Of a stretch of DNA of 64,000 nucleotides, positions 36,888-50,479 are shown in pieces. The notes beneath the pieces are model-generated. The model was not told the origin of the DNA, made no database searches, and saw nothing but the letters and a program-made list of their open reading frames with translations. Within the stretch, counting starts at the first letter, position 1. Every line of letters starts with the position of its first letter. Origin of the DNA: Octopus sinensis (lineage: Eukaryota); contig NC_043007.1 in the NCBI RefSeq assembly GCF_006345805.1, positions 11,904,001 to 11,968,000 on the forward strand, in the 5' to 3' direction. The position numbers and the translations under genes were made by a program.

Positions 36888-37222
36888 TGAAGGCACATGG
36901 CTCAGTGGCTGGAGTGTCAAGCTTATGATCATGAGGTTGTGAGTTCAATTCCCGGACCAGGCTGCATGTTGTGTTCTTGAGCAAGACACTTTATTTCACA
37001 TTGCTCCAGTTCACTCAGCTGTAGAGATGAGTTGTGACGTCACTGGTGCCAAGCTGTATCGGCCCTTGCCTTTCCCTTGGATGACATCAATGGTGTGGTG
37101 AGGAGAGACTGGTATGCATGGGTGACTGCTGGCCTTCCATAAACAACCTTTCCCTGGACTTGTACCTGGGAGTGTAACTTTCTAGGTGCAATCCTATGGT
37201 CATTCATGACCAAAGGGGATCT
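36888..37222 (+). mobile_element. SINE head C with tail 3
   Basis: Tail gtgacgtcactggtgccaagctgtatcggccc..gtcattcatgaccaaagggg; minus copies at 54712-55030 and 58985-59322. Confidence 0.88.
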
Positions 37223-37671
37223 CCCATATGTATGTATGTATATATGTATATATGTATGTATGTATGTATATATGTATGTATGTATGTATGTATAAATATA
37301 TTTATAGAACATATATATTATATATGTTTGTGTGAGTGTCTGTCTGTCTATCTGTCTGTCAGTTTGTCTTTCTGTCTGTCTTTCTGTGTGTGTGCTTGTA
37401 TATGTTTATTTGCCACTACTTGGCAACTGGTGTACGTTTGTTTCCAACCCTGTAACTTAGCAGTTGTCCAAAAGGGGATTGAAATAATTAGTAGAGAGAA
37501 AATAAATAGATAAATAGATAAACCAAATAGCAGGGTTTCATTTTTATCAACCCCACTACACGACTACAACCACTTTACAGTGGTGCCCCAGCATGGCCAC
37601 TGGCCAATAAATGAAGCAAATACGAAGGGTAACTGTAGTAGATTTTTTTTTTTTCTTGATTGAATTTTAAC

Positions 37672-37744
37672 CTATTGGACAAATAGCACTTCAGAATTTT
37701 CCCTTCAATGACGAAATACTTTAGCTCTGAGCAACAGTTAATAC
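37672..37744 (-). CDS. Candidate exon (INCCSELKYFVIEGKILKCYLSN)
   Basis: Branch-like cactgac plus cttctcag acceptor; one open frame; weak donor TAG|GTTAAA; phase 1-2. Confidence 0.35.
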
Positions 37745-37945
37745 CTGAGAAGGTCAGTGAATGGCATATACTTATATCACCAGAATCACACTTTCTTCAC
37801 TCTGAGGAAATCTAAACTGTATTGATTTCTAACATTGGTGTAAAGCTACACAATGTATTTTGGAAGGAAGTGTGTAGTCAATTCCGTCATTCCCAGTACT
37901 TGACGGAATTCTGTCATTCCCACTGTTATTTTTTATTTTCTTAAC

Positions 37946-38157
37946 CTTTACTCTTTTACTTGTTTCAGTCAGTTGACTGCGGCCATGCTGGAGCACCACC
38001 TTTAGTCGAGCAAATCGATCCCGGGACTTATTCTTTGTAAGCCCAGTATTTATTCTATCGGACTCTTTTGCCGAACCGCTAACTGACGGAGACGTAAACA
38101 CACCAGCATCGGTTGTCAAGCAATGCTAGGGGGACAAACACACACACACAAACAAAC

Positions 38158-38192
<35 letters not shown>

Positions 38193-38364
38193 CATATATA
38201 CGACAGGCTTCTTTCAGTTTCCGTCTACCAAATCCACTCACAAGGCTTTGGTCGGCCTGGGGCTATAGCAGAAGACACTTGCCCAAGATGCCACGCAGTG
38301 GGACTGAACCCAGAACCATGTGGTTGGTTAGCAAGCTACTTACCACACAGCCACTCCTGCGCCT
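37946..38364 (-). mobile_element. SINE family A
   Basis: Full-length reverse copy. Confidence 0.92.
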
Positions 38365-38654
38365 ATAAAACTTTTGATTTCCTAGCAGAGATTTGAAACC
38401 TCCAGCTCTATTGTGTCACTACAGCTAACACCTTACCTACTAGGCCACCAAATTTGGAATGCATTTTCATTCGACATTACAATTCTGACGAATTCATCGC
38501 CAAACTATATTAATAAAATAAAGCAACTTACCATACTACTACTACTACTGATGGTGCTGCTGCTTCTGCCACTGCTGTTGCTGCTAATGCTGTTACCTCT
38601 AAATTTCAGATCTTGTTTCTCAAATTGTGCCAAAATTTGAAAACATTATATTAT

Positions 38655-38900
38655 TATTAAAAGCACCATCCGTTCATGGCCGTTTGCCAGCTCTGTCTGG
38701 CACCTGTGCGGGTGGCACGTAAAAAGCACCCACTACACTCACGGAGTGGTTGGCGTTAGGAAGGGCATCCAGCCGTAGAAACACTGCCAGATTTGACTGG
38801 GCCTGATGAAGCCTTCTGGCTTCACAGACCCCAGCAGAACCGTCCAACCCATGCTAGCATGGAAAACGGACGCTAAACGATGATGATGATGATGATGATG
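38655..38900 (+). mobile_element. RTE 3'UTR-type element (family E)
   Basis: ggcacgtaaaaagcacccactacactcacggagtggttggcgttaggaagggcatcc..(GAT)n. Confidence 0.88.
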
Positions 38901-38920
38901 ATTATATTATTATTATTATT

Positions 38921-39830
38921 ATACAAGTGGGCTGAAAAGAATAGCATGCAGGTCAATACTGAAAAGTTTCAAGCTTTATGCTATCAGCATGCAAAACTAA
39001 ATGCAATACCCAATAAATACACTGGACCTGGAGGGATTGCAATCCCAGGGCCACAATCAGTGCGAGACCTGGGTATTTACATGAGTGATGATGCAACCTT
39101 TCATGTGCATGCTGCTAAATTGGCAATGAAATGTAGGCGGCTGACTGGATGGATTCTTAGAACCTTTAGAACAAGAGACCAGGAAACCATGATGGTCCTC
39201 TGGAGGACACTTGTCCTAAGCCACTTTGACTATTGCTCTCAGCTATGGTCACCATCCAGTGTCAAGTTAATCACAGAACTTGAGGCGATCCAATGAAGCT
39301 ACATAAAAAAGATAGCCTCTGTGCAGCATATAAGCAACTGGGAAAGACTCAAGAGATTAAGACTCTATTCCTTAGAGCGTAGGCGAGAAAGATATGCCAT
39401 AATATACATCTGGAAGATCCTAGAAGGACTTGTCCCAAACTTTGGCATCAAGAGTTACACAAATGCTAGAACTGGGCGCCACTGCATAGTGCCAAGGACT
39501 CCAAATTTGCTATCAAGATGTAGGACAAGATACTGTGATAGCCTGGGCTTTAGAGGCCCACATCTCTTCAATATCCTCCCGAAGAACCTGAGAGACCTGC
39601 ATGGGCTGGATGCAGGTCTTTAAAATAAAACTGGATCTCTTCTTGTCAGGTATCCCAGATGAACCAACTTCATGGCAGGAGGTGCAGATGAGGGCAGCTG
39701 CATCGAACTCTCTCAAGCACCAAATGGCAATTGCTAAAAAGCATTTGTGAAGTAAAATCATGTAGCAACACTGAATGGCAGTGCCTCAGCATGGCCACAG
39801 CTCGTGAGCTGAAACTAGATAAAATAAATA
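38921..39830 (+). mobile_element. 5'-truncated CR1-like LINE (pseudogenised RT C-terminus)
   Basis: WAEKNSMQVNTEKFQ..VRDLGIYMSD..HFDYCSQLWSP..LYSLERRRERY..FNILP; stop at 39294 and frameshift near 39620; 3' stem-loop and (ATT)n tail. Confidence 0.93.
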
Positions 39831-39836
39831 AATAAA

Positions 39837-39956
<120 letters not shown>

Positions 39957-39990
39957 GATTATTATTATTATTATTTATTATTATTATTAT

Positions 39991-40384
39991 AGGCGCAGGA
40001 GTGGCTGTGTGGTAAGTAGCTTGCTTACCAACCACATGGTTCCGGCTTCAGTCCCACTGTGTGGCACTTTGGGCAAGTGTCTTCTGCTATAGCCCCGGGC
40101 CGACCAATGCCTTGTAAGTGGATTTGGTAGACGGAAACTGAAAGAAGCCCGTCGTATATATGTATATATATATGCGTGTGTGTTTGTGTTTGTCCCCCCG
40201 CCGTTGCTTGACAACCGATGGTAGTGTGTTTATGTCCCGTAACTTAGCGGTTCAGCAAAAGAGACCGATAGAATAAGTACTAGGCTTACAAAGAATAAGT
40301 CCTGGGGTCGATTTACTCGACTAGAAGGCGGTGCTCCAGCATGGCTGCAGTCAAATGACTGAAACAAGTAAAAAAGTAAAGAGT
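39991..40384 (+). mobile_element. SINE family A
   Basis: Full-length copy starting at the end of the preceding LINE's (ATT)n tail. Confidence 0.92.
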
Positions 40385-40538
40385 ATTGTTATTATTATTA
40401 TTACAAAATTATTATTAACATAGATAATTTTGGAATTGGAAGGTGAGCAGTCAGTTGTACCAATGCCTTAGTTTTGATTGGTACTTAGTTTATACATACA
40501 AGTACATAGAAAAACAGAAGGTTATGTCAGCCTCTGTG

Positions 40539-40846
40539 TGGAGGCACATAGTCTAGTGAGTAGATCAGTGGACTCACAGTTGAGGGATCATGGGTTCGAA
40601 TTTCAGACCGGGTGATGTGTGTGTTTATGAGCAAAACACCTAAGTTCCACATGACTCTGGTAGAAGAAGGTAATGCCAAACTTCTGCTGACTCTTTCACC
40701 ACAACTTTCTCTCATTCTCTCTTCCTGCATCTAGCAGCTCACCTGAGAAAGACCGGCATTCCATCCAGGTGGGGAACCTATATGCCAATGAAACTGGGAA
40801 ACTGGCCCTTATGAGCCAAGTATGGCTCGAGAAGGAACAAACAGTA
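40539..40846 (+). mobile_element. SINE head B with tail 2-like end
   Basis: Related to 4915-5212(-). Confidence 0.8.
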
Positions 40847-41730
40847 ATAACATGTCTGCCTCTGCAGATAAGATGGAAATACAGATTGTAGTCTCTGGTT
40901 GATTTTGAGCTGGAAGAAAAGGTGCCTTTGCATCTTAGTATCCAACTTCTCAATTCTTAATGTGAACTGCACAAAAAATGGTTTGGTTGTCTCTGCTTTT
41001 GCTCTTACTAACTTTGCAGCTGCAAGCAGTTGTTGGGGGCACAGTTACAGAAATAGCCATGATATTCACTTAAGAAGCCCCCTGGTATCACTGCCTTTTC
41101 TGCTGCATGATACTATTTTGTGCTTTTAGCCAATACTGCCATATATGTGGCAACTGGATTTTTTGCTATGCACCACTGACCTGGCCAAACTTCTCTCCAC
41201 TTTCTCAATAGAATATTATTCTAGGACAGCTCTATAATTTTCTGGGGTCATTGGAGGTTGGAAATCCATGAAGACTCTACAGCACATGTGGTTCACTCTC
41301 ATTTGTGACATACCACATTTTTCTCTAGCCTGAAGTCAACCCATTTTAAATAGCTCTTTTTGACTCGTGATACTGGTAAAAGATGAGCTGTTGTTTTTGG
41401 TGTTTTTATTACTGCTATTTAAAATTGTATTTTTGTCACTTTCCTTTTGTGTTACTCAAATTATAACTGCTGGTGCTTATTTATTTGTATTTGCTTAATT
41501 AATCTTTGCATTTTCTGAATTAATTATCATTTTCTTTTGCTTTCTTGTTTTGTAACTATCTCTGTGTCTACAATGTGAAGGCACATGGCCTAGTACTTAG
41601 GGTGTTGCACTTACAATTGCAATATCATGGCTTCAATTCCTAGACCGAGCAGTGCATTGTGTTCTTGAGCAAAACACTTCATTTCATGCGGCTTCAGTGC
41701 ACTCAACAAGGCAATGAGTAACCCTGCAAT

Positions 41731-41997
41731 CATCATCATCATTATTCGACCGTGGTCAAGACAATGGAATTTACTATGCTACGCCAGATTTCACAGTCCA
41801 TCATAGCATTACAGAGGTCCTGTTGCTGGATGCCTGTATCCCTGGAGATTACATCAGGGTAGGAGAGTGTGCACCCTCTGGTATCGTGAGTAGATAGCTT
41901 CCAGAGGAGAAGAGCAGAAATTATCTCGTTTTCAGCTCTACAACAATGTCCAGCAAACTGGACTCTTCTACCTTTCAAAAGAGATGATACAGATGAT
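41731..41997 (-). mobile_element. Short RTE 3' fragment inserted into a head C SINE (41577-42100)
   Basis: Same family as 28550-29100; 10-bp TSD ACCCTGCAAT at 41721-30 and 41998-42007. Confidence 0.92.
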
Positions 41998-42106
41998 ACC
42001 CTGCAATGGACTAGCATCCCAATCAGCTGGAAGAGAGATGTTGTGCTCTTGATCACTTATACACTCAAGAAACTGAGTAACCGGCTCTAAGAGTCCTATG
42101 AGTCCT

Positions 42107-42466
42107 GACTCCTGACATGATTGTCCAGGGGACTCACTTTACTGTATCTACAAACATTGAAGGAGAACATCGTATTGTAACTAGTGCACCTCTGCTCACC
42201 ACTACTGGCGGTGCTCCAGCATGGCCGTAGTCAACTGACTCCTGACATGATTGTCCAGGGGACTCACTTTACTGTATCTACAAACATTGAAGGAGAACAT
42301 CGTATTGTAACTAGTGCACCTCTGCTCACCACTACTGGCGGTGCTCCAGCATGGCCGCAGTCAACTGACTCATGACATGATTGTCCAGGGGACTCACTTT
42401 ACTGTATCTACAAACATTGAAGGAGAACATCGTATTGTAACTAGTGCACCTCTGCTCACCACTACT
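42107..42466. repeat. 130-bp tandem repeat, about 2.8 copies
   Basis: Units start at 42107, 42237 and 42367 and are nearly identical. Confidence 0.97.
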
Positions 42467-43119
42467 GAGGTGACCATATTGAACTATAAAGAAACAAAGC
42501 ATGACAGATGTTTGGAAATATATACATATGCAATAAAATGCGGAAGGACAAACTCTCTTTCCCATGCCAGATAATGAGTTGAGTATCTGAATATTCCTAA
42601 GCCTTTTGTCAATGGGGGGTGGGAGTAGAAAAAGGAAAAGAATTAAAACTTTTTCCTCAATTAAATAATTTATGAGGAAATCGCTTAAGTGGATGTCTTT
42701 GAAATACGTTTCCACAGCAAATATACAAAAGCAATAAAAAAAAAATTGATGATGTTGATGTTTGTGGTGGTGATGGAGGTGGTGGTGGTGGTGGTGGTGG
42801 TGGTGTTGGGGTGTGATAATGATGTAACAATAATAATAAAAATTACGATAATGGGTGACGATAGCAATGATAACAACAATTATAACACACAATTAGGAAA
42901 GATTTAATGTGATATGTAATAAGATACAGGTTGACTTTGTTTACTGAACTGAACAATATTTCAACAGTATGTCTGGTTTTTTCGGGGCTCAAAACAAAGC
43001 AAGGATAATGAAAAATGAAAAATGCACAGAAATGCAAGGCTTCAAAATTTCAACAGGGCTGTCATGTGTGCCTTCCTCGGTAAAATGATGGCATTATGTT
43101 TCGTTTGTTAACGACCCGT

Positions 43120-43121
43120 TA

Positions 43122-43153
<32 letters not shown>

Positions 43154-43670
43154 AAAAGAAAGAAAGAAAAGAAGGAAAGAAGGAGAAAGGAAAGGATAAA
43201 GAAAGAAGAAAGAAAGAAAGAAAAAGAAAGAAAGAAAAGAAAGAGAAAGCAAAAGATGAAGAAAGAAGGAAAGAAAGAAGGAAAGAAAGAAGGAAAGAAG
43301 GAGAAGAAAAAGAAAGACAGAAAGAAAGAAAGAAAGAAAGAAAGGAAGAAAAAAGAAAAGGAGAGAGAGAAAAAGAAAGAGAAAGCAAAAGATGAAGAAA
43401 GAAAGAAAAGAAAGAGAAAGCAAAAGATGAAGAAAGAAAGAAAGAAAGAAAGAAAAAAAGAAAGAAAGAAGAAAGAAAGAAAAAAAGAAAAGGAGAGAGA
43501 GAAAAAGAAAGAGAAAGCAAAAGATGAAGAAAGAAAGAAAGAAAGAAAAGAAGGAAAGAAAGAAGGAAAGAAAGAAGGAAAGAAAGAAGGAAAGAAAGAA
43601 GGAAAGAAAGAAGGAAAGAAGGAGAAGAAAAAAAGAAAGAAAGAAAGGAAAGAAAGAAGGAAAGAAAAGG
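43120..43670. repeat. ~550-bp polypurine (AAAG/GAAA) tract
   Basis: Almost only A/G on +; recurring aaagagaaagcaaaagatgaagaaagaa blocks. Confidence 0.97.
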
Positions 43671-43952
43671 TCAAAAAGCTTTCTATAAATCTGATGGAAA
43701 TCTTCTATGATTTTGTTTTTAACCCCAGGGTGTGTGACAGACACTTGAAACTCACTGATATATTTATCTTCATGTGTTTTGAGGACTAAAAGTTCAGCAG
43801 TGGAGTCTAAATAATTTATTTCTGAGACTACGTACTTTCAGGTGTTCATCAAAGTTACACCTGCTTGATGCAAACTGCTCAGCAAGTCCCACCGAAGTAA
43901 TGTTCTTGTACCTGACATCATACCTATACCTCTCTCTCTCTCTCTCTCTCTC

Positions 43953-44363
43953 TTTTTCTCTTTTACTTGTTTCAGTCATTTGACTGCGGCCATGCTGGAG
44001 CACCGCCTTTAGTCGAGCAAATCGACCCCAGGACTTATTCTTTGTAAGCCTAGTATTTATTCTATCGGTCTCTTTTGCCGAACCGCTAAGTTACAGGGAC
44101 ATAAACACACCACCATCGGTTGTCAAGCGATGTTGGAGGGACAAACACAGACACACAAACATATACACACACATACATACATATATATATACATATATAC
44201 GATGGGCTTCTTTCAGTTTCCGTCCACCAAATCCACTCATAAGGCTTTGGTCAGCCCGAGGCTATAGTAGAAGACACTTGCCCAAGGTGCCATGCAGTGG
44301 GAATGACCCCGGAACCATGTGGTTGATAAGCAAGCTACTTACCACACAGCCACTCCTGTGCCT
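43953..44363 (-). mobile_element. SINE family A
   Basis: Full-length reverse copy. Confidence 0.92.
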
Positions 44364-45004
44364 GTTAAATCTTTTAAACAAAAGATTTTCTGTTGTGCAG
44401 TCAACATAGATCAAGTTGTGTTTGGTGCATTCAGCCACATACACCAAAAAGGGAATCATTACAGGTCTCACCTTCTGTAAAAATCATAACATTTCTGCGA
44501 GAATTTGTGGTGGAAATAACTTGATTCAAGCTGTTTGCCCAATGAACAAGGCTTCCCTCTCTGCTTTTAAGAGTACATCATCCAGAAACTGTTTTGGGGT
44601 TTTTGTTATGATTAGAGGTACCTGTTACTTTTTGCTTTATATTCTTGCTACATCTAAAGGCTAACAATAGGCAGGTGAGGAAATATCTCTTTGTAATGAG
44701 GATATTTTTGTGAAACACGTTGATAACTGTCATGCGACACTTTTGGAATGCCAGCAAAATTTTGGTACAAGTTCATAACTAATGGAATTTGGTCAGAAAT
44801 TTTACTTTAACTGCTGTAATTAGGCATAGAAGTTTGACATTTATAGTTAATTTTAGCTATGTCACTTGCAATTTCTTTCAATCAGGACTCACCATAACCA
44901 TGTTTGATGTAATGGCATTCAAAATAATTTGCATGTTTCCAGAAATCTCCTGTCAATACAAATCCATTTTATTCTTAAAAATTAGGACTTTGGAGTTGGC
45001 TGAT

Positions 45005-45385
45005 TGCTTGGTTTTGGATGATCAGAGTGATGTATTATTAAAACGGCAGATAAGGTGGAGGGGTGATACTGTAATTATGGACAAAAATGAGTACATTTCA
45101 GTTTGTGAAGAATCCTTTAAGTGACAAAATATTTTATGAAGAATTACCAACTCCCAATTACAGAAAAGAACTTGACAAAATGGTTTTGGCAGGAGAAGAA
45201 AACAACTTTATAAAAACGACATTGAATCTAAAACATTGCGGTCAGAGCAAAGAACACCTGTATTTTATGGTCTTCCAAAAGTACACATGAAGATTGAAAA
45301 ATTTCCTCCATTGCAGTCAATTTGTAGCAGATGTGAAAGCAGTATAGCCATGGCTGGATGGCTTTTTGCTTCCTGTGACAAAAAG
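45005..45385 (+). mobile_element. Degraded Penelope-like RT N-terminal fragment
   Basis: With frameshifts: DVLLKRADK(G)GDTVIMDKNEY..SDKIFYEELP..RTPVFYGLPKVHMK..PPLQSICS. Confidence 0.8.
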
Positions 45386-46180
45386 ATTCAGCTCTTCACT
45401 AGAAGGATATTGAGCTTAACTTGATAACATGCTGATCTAGCAAGCGGGGCCTCATATCAGTGGGGGGGGGGGGGGGCGGTGCGCATTGATACTGTCGAGA
45501 GGTAGGCCCCGAAACAGTGCGCATTCTCTCCTGATGACCCCATACACTTGCTGGCTTCCGGTATACGGAGATTTTGACTGGTAGCACTTGCATGTGCAAG
45601 TTGTTTGCAAGACATCTTTTTTATATACATGTTTCTGTCATTAGAGTGTGGCCATTCTGGGGCATTGTCTAGAATGCTAATGGTTTTGCAAGCTCACCAG
45701 GCCAATAATGGAAGCAATAATTATTATGAAAGAAGTATAATGGCTGTGAGATCGAATAATACAGAAATAATCATCTATGTATCATACTTAATGTATACAC
45801 ATTGTCGATGGACCAGTTACTATAGTATTGATCCTGAGATCTTACAGATGTACTTTTATGGATAATAAGGAGAAACAAACCCATACAGATGTTGATTCTG
45901 GACATAGAGAACTAGAATGTCAATTCCAAACCAATCTAGGTGATGTCCCTATTGACTGTGTCAATTGGATGCTTATAAATACGTGTGTGAGTGTATATGT
46001 GTGTGTGTGTGCGTGTGTATGTGTGAAAGTGTGTGTTTGTATGTGTGTGTATTTGTGTTTTATTTAATCAGCAGAAATTACAGGTTTGTGTATTGGCACA
46101 AACTTATTGTACATACACACACACACATATATATATACTATAATATGTAATATATATATATATATGCACACACACATATG

Positions 46181-46212
<32 letters not shown>

Positions 46213-46294
46213 TGTATGTATGAATGTATGTATGTATGTATGTATATCATTGATGATGATGACATACATACATGTATATGTGTGTGCACATGTA

Positions 46295-46328
<34 letters not shown>

Positions 46329-46455
46329 CAACAACGTTAACAACAACTTTGTGTATTGGCACAAACTTATCGAACATTGATAAGCGTTAATGCACTAAGC
46401 TATCAGCCCTTAAGTCACTACATAACTTTTGCTGATTAAATGATATATGTATATG

Positions 46456-46519
<64 letters not shown>

Positions 46520-46661
46520 ATATTCAGTGATATTTTATGTTCTATTTTCTCTTTTGCATTATCTGACATACATATACACGCAAGCATATATTTATATATA
46601 TGAATATATATACATACACACACACACACACACACATATATATACAAACACATATATATAT

Positions 46662-46725
<64 letters not shown>

Positions 46726-47661
46726 CGATATATATATACATATCAACATATATATACGCACACACACACACACACACATATGTATTTATATGTATAAGTG
46801 TGTCAGCATGTGTGTACATATATGTGTGTGTGTGAGTGTGTGTGAAAACCTGCTGCCTGCGGACAGTTGGACAATACACTGATTGATATAAATTGTAAAT
46901 AAAGGTTAAGTGTTTGATCAATATTGACTAGTGTATTGATGAGTACCATAAATCAAGATGTAAAAATCTCCAGTTGAAGACAGTTCAAGACAGTTCAGTG
47001 TATTTCTGTCAGCAATGACCAAGATAAAATAAAATGCGAGAACAGCAGAACAACAATAACAAATATATATAAAAGGCGAAACCGGTGTCGATCACCGTAT
47101 TAATATTGTAATCTGACACCTTTTGCACTCAATGTCTTCTTCATTGCTTTAATTACAATAAAACCTTCCACAGCTAAATAAAATCCCTGGAGGAGAATTA
47201 ACAGATGTTATAATCAGAAAAGTGCTTCCGTGGACAGAATCTAACAATGTATTCTTTTGGTTTATGCTGTCAGTGAAAATAAAAGTAATGATTATTAATG
47301 CTGTTTTAACACCAGCTGAGCTTTGATCCATCAGATCAATGGTTTAAGCTTTTCCAATCATGACCATTTTTCTGATGTCTTCTCTGTTTTTAAACAGTAG
47401 ATTTAGTGATATGAGGAGATCAGGTTGCTATTTCTAGCAGGTTGAGCAATTACTTTGTGGCTTTGTCGTTAGATAATAAATAACAATGATTTTTAACATT
47501 GGCACAAACTCATCTTACAGATAAAGTTATTCTCACTATATGACTGGTATGTATTTTGTTAACTCTGGATGTAGTAAAGGCAAAGAGAGTCTTAGAAAGA
47601 TTTAAACTGGAAACTAATAACAACAAAAACAATAATAATAATAGTAATAATAATAATAATG

Positions 47662-47709
<48 letters not shown>

Positions 47710-47784
47710 GGGCTATAGCAAATATTCTGCTCAATACCACAGATTTGTTTGTCAGTTGTTTGACCTTAACTAGTAGTGGCTGAC

Positions 47785-48180
47785 AATATGTGCATCTTTG
47801 ATCATGAGCAGAAGTAGTGGGGAAACATCATAGCCATGCAATGAAAGGAATTATTTGGGGTTTGGATAATTCACCTTCGGAAACATGGGTGTTTTGTTCA
47901 ACATCCTTAGACAACACTTATTCAGGCACCTTTTGAGTAGGATGGGCTACTCAACCTGAAGAAAATTCTAACTGGGCCCCACCTGCAAGGTCATGCACTG
48001 TTTATCTTGATATGAGATCACCATGTCACACACATGGTTGTGATGCATGTGCCTAGTGTACCCTTATCAGACGGGTAGTCATGATGGGTATACTGGGCTT
48101 CGTATATTTTACCCCAGTGTCACTTTGCTGGCATGCACTGCTCTCTCACTCAATAATAACAATAATAATAATAATAATGT
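47785..48180 (+). mobile_element. Non-LTR element 3' UTR fragment with (AAT)n tail
   Basis: Ends accccagtgtcactttgctggcatgcactgctctctcactcaataataac; this terminus is reused at 27356-27612. Confidence 0.65.
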
Positions 48181-48557
48181 CACCTTAGTATGCTGGCTGT
48201 GGGCAGCTGACGCTTTCCATCCTACTCAACAAAATGAGCTGTGAGTTTTCATCATATAATAATAATAATAATAATGATGATGGTGATGATGATGACGATG
48301 ATGATGATGATAATAATAATAATAATAATAATAATCATAATAATAATAATAATAAATTACAAAGCCACAAATATGTAGAGAAAGCTATAACAGAATAGAG
48401 GGGCACTTCCATGAGTTGAATCTTTTATTTGTAGATGTTCCAGTAATCCTGATTACATACAAACACTACAAACTTTTCAATACACATAATGTTAAGTTAG
48501 CTATTCTTTCCTAGAAAACATCATTCCAGCATTGCTTGCAGCACTCCAGCATCTTAC

Positions 48558-48611
48558 TTGTAATTACTAAAATTAGGCTTCTTACTACAGAGGGATTTTG
48601 TCTGTCCAAAT
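48558..48611 (-). CDS. Candidate exon (LDRQNPSVVRSLILVIT)
   Basis: ctctatatatcacag| ... CAA|GTAAGA; 54 nt; phase 1-1. Confidence 0.45.
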
Positions 48612-49099
48612 CTGTGATATATAGAGTTGCACACCACCAGATGAGATAATACAATTCCAATAGATGAGATAATCACCATTTACATTTCTTTAGTTCTAGG
48701 GACAAAGTAAATTCCACTGTTTTATTTGGGAAGCTAGACCCCCAAAACTATTCATTTTGGAAGTGAACATCTTAATCACACAGCCTCCATCTCCTGGATG
48801 GGATGCTAGTCCATTGTAGGTTCACTCATATTTGCTTGGAGCAACAGGAAATGAAATGCTCTGCTCAAGAGCATAACACATTGCCCACTCCAGGAATTGA
48901 ACCCACAATTGTACATACACTTATATATATAACGCATATTTATACACTATCATAAACACATATACAAATGTACATATATATATATATATATATATACATA
49001 TGCTCATATACAATCATGTACACATATACAAAACTATGTAAATTTATATACACATATAAATATTCATATTAAATAATATATATACAAATGTATACGCAT

Positions 49100-49645
49100 A
49101 CTTATACATACACATATTTATATACAATCATATACACATAGAATAACACACACAAACACACACACATATGTATGTATATATGTCTGCATGTGTGCGTGCG
49201 TGAGTGTTTGACTATGTGTATATGATTGTATATGAATATGTGTATGTATATATATGTGTGTGTATACATATACATATTTATATACATGTATTCATATACA
49301 ATTATACACACATAAACAAATATATATATATATATATATATAAGCAAACATACACATTCATATACAATCATATACACTTATACAAACACACACACACATA
49401 TATATATACACACACATGCACTTTCATATACTATTATACACACACACACACACTCACACATTCATATATAGCTTTATTTGCATTTACAAACGTATATATA
49501 CTTATATACACACACATGTGTGTATATGTGTGTATACATATACATATTTATATACATGTATTCATCTACAATTATACACACATAAACAAATATATATATA
49601 TAAGCAAACATACACATTCATATACAATCATATACACTTATACAA

Positions 49646-49678
<33 letters not shown>

Positions 49679-49970
49679 CACACACATATGCACATTCATA
49701 TACAATTATATACACACATACACTCACACATTCATATATAGTTTTATTTGCATTTACAAACATATATATACTTATATACACACACATATTCATATAAAAT
49801 TATATACACTTATACAAACATATATATAATAATATACACACACACACACTCATACATTCATATATAGTTTTATTTGCATTTACAAACGTATATATACTTA
49901 TATACACACACATATTCATATAAAATTATATACACATATACAAACATATATATAATAATATACACACAAA
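49100..49970. repeat. Higher-order repeat built from TA/CA microsatellite
   Basis: A ~270-nt unit occurs twice plus a partial ~125-nt copy (marker attcatatatag(c/t)tttatttgcatttacaaac). Confidence 0.8.
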
Positions 49971-50479
49971 CATATTCAGAAGCACTTATATTCATACGGT
50001 ATCTCTAGTTTTCTATCACTTTAGTCTATTAATCTTTCCACTTCTGATTGTTTGTTTGTTTGTTTGTTTTTGTTATATCTTTATCTTCATGAATATTTTG
50101 CAATGAAAAATCTATCATATATAATCATATATCTTACACACATCACTAATTTCCATATCATTGATATCACATATATCATATCATACACATCTTGGTGTCC
50201 CAGTGTTTCCTTCGGAATTTAGCAGATTAAAGAGAGAAAAAAAATAAAATAAAAGAAGCACACAGAAGCAACAACAACAACAACAACAACAACAATTACA
50301 ACAACCACATCTACAACCGTCAATGCAATCACAAAATCTTCATCATTCCCCCAAAAGCTGCAAGGCTCGCGATAATGACAGCCACGACACAGAGTTCCCC
50401 AAACACTCACAACAACAACAATAACAACAACAGCTGCTACAGCCAAAACAAATGTTCCTTCTGAAAAGTTTAAAGATGT

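Noticed and set aside
40860-41400. Possible LINE ORF remnant; likewise 6330-6530 and 45700-45960
   Set aside because: No recognisable motif in any frame.
45478-45545. CTGTCGA-GAGG(TAGG)CCCC-GAAAC hammerhead-like motif
   Set aside because: A6 is altered, there is a G at the cleavage position, and no stem I in the correct register.
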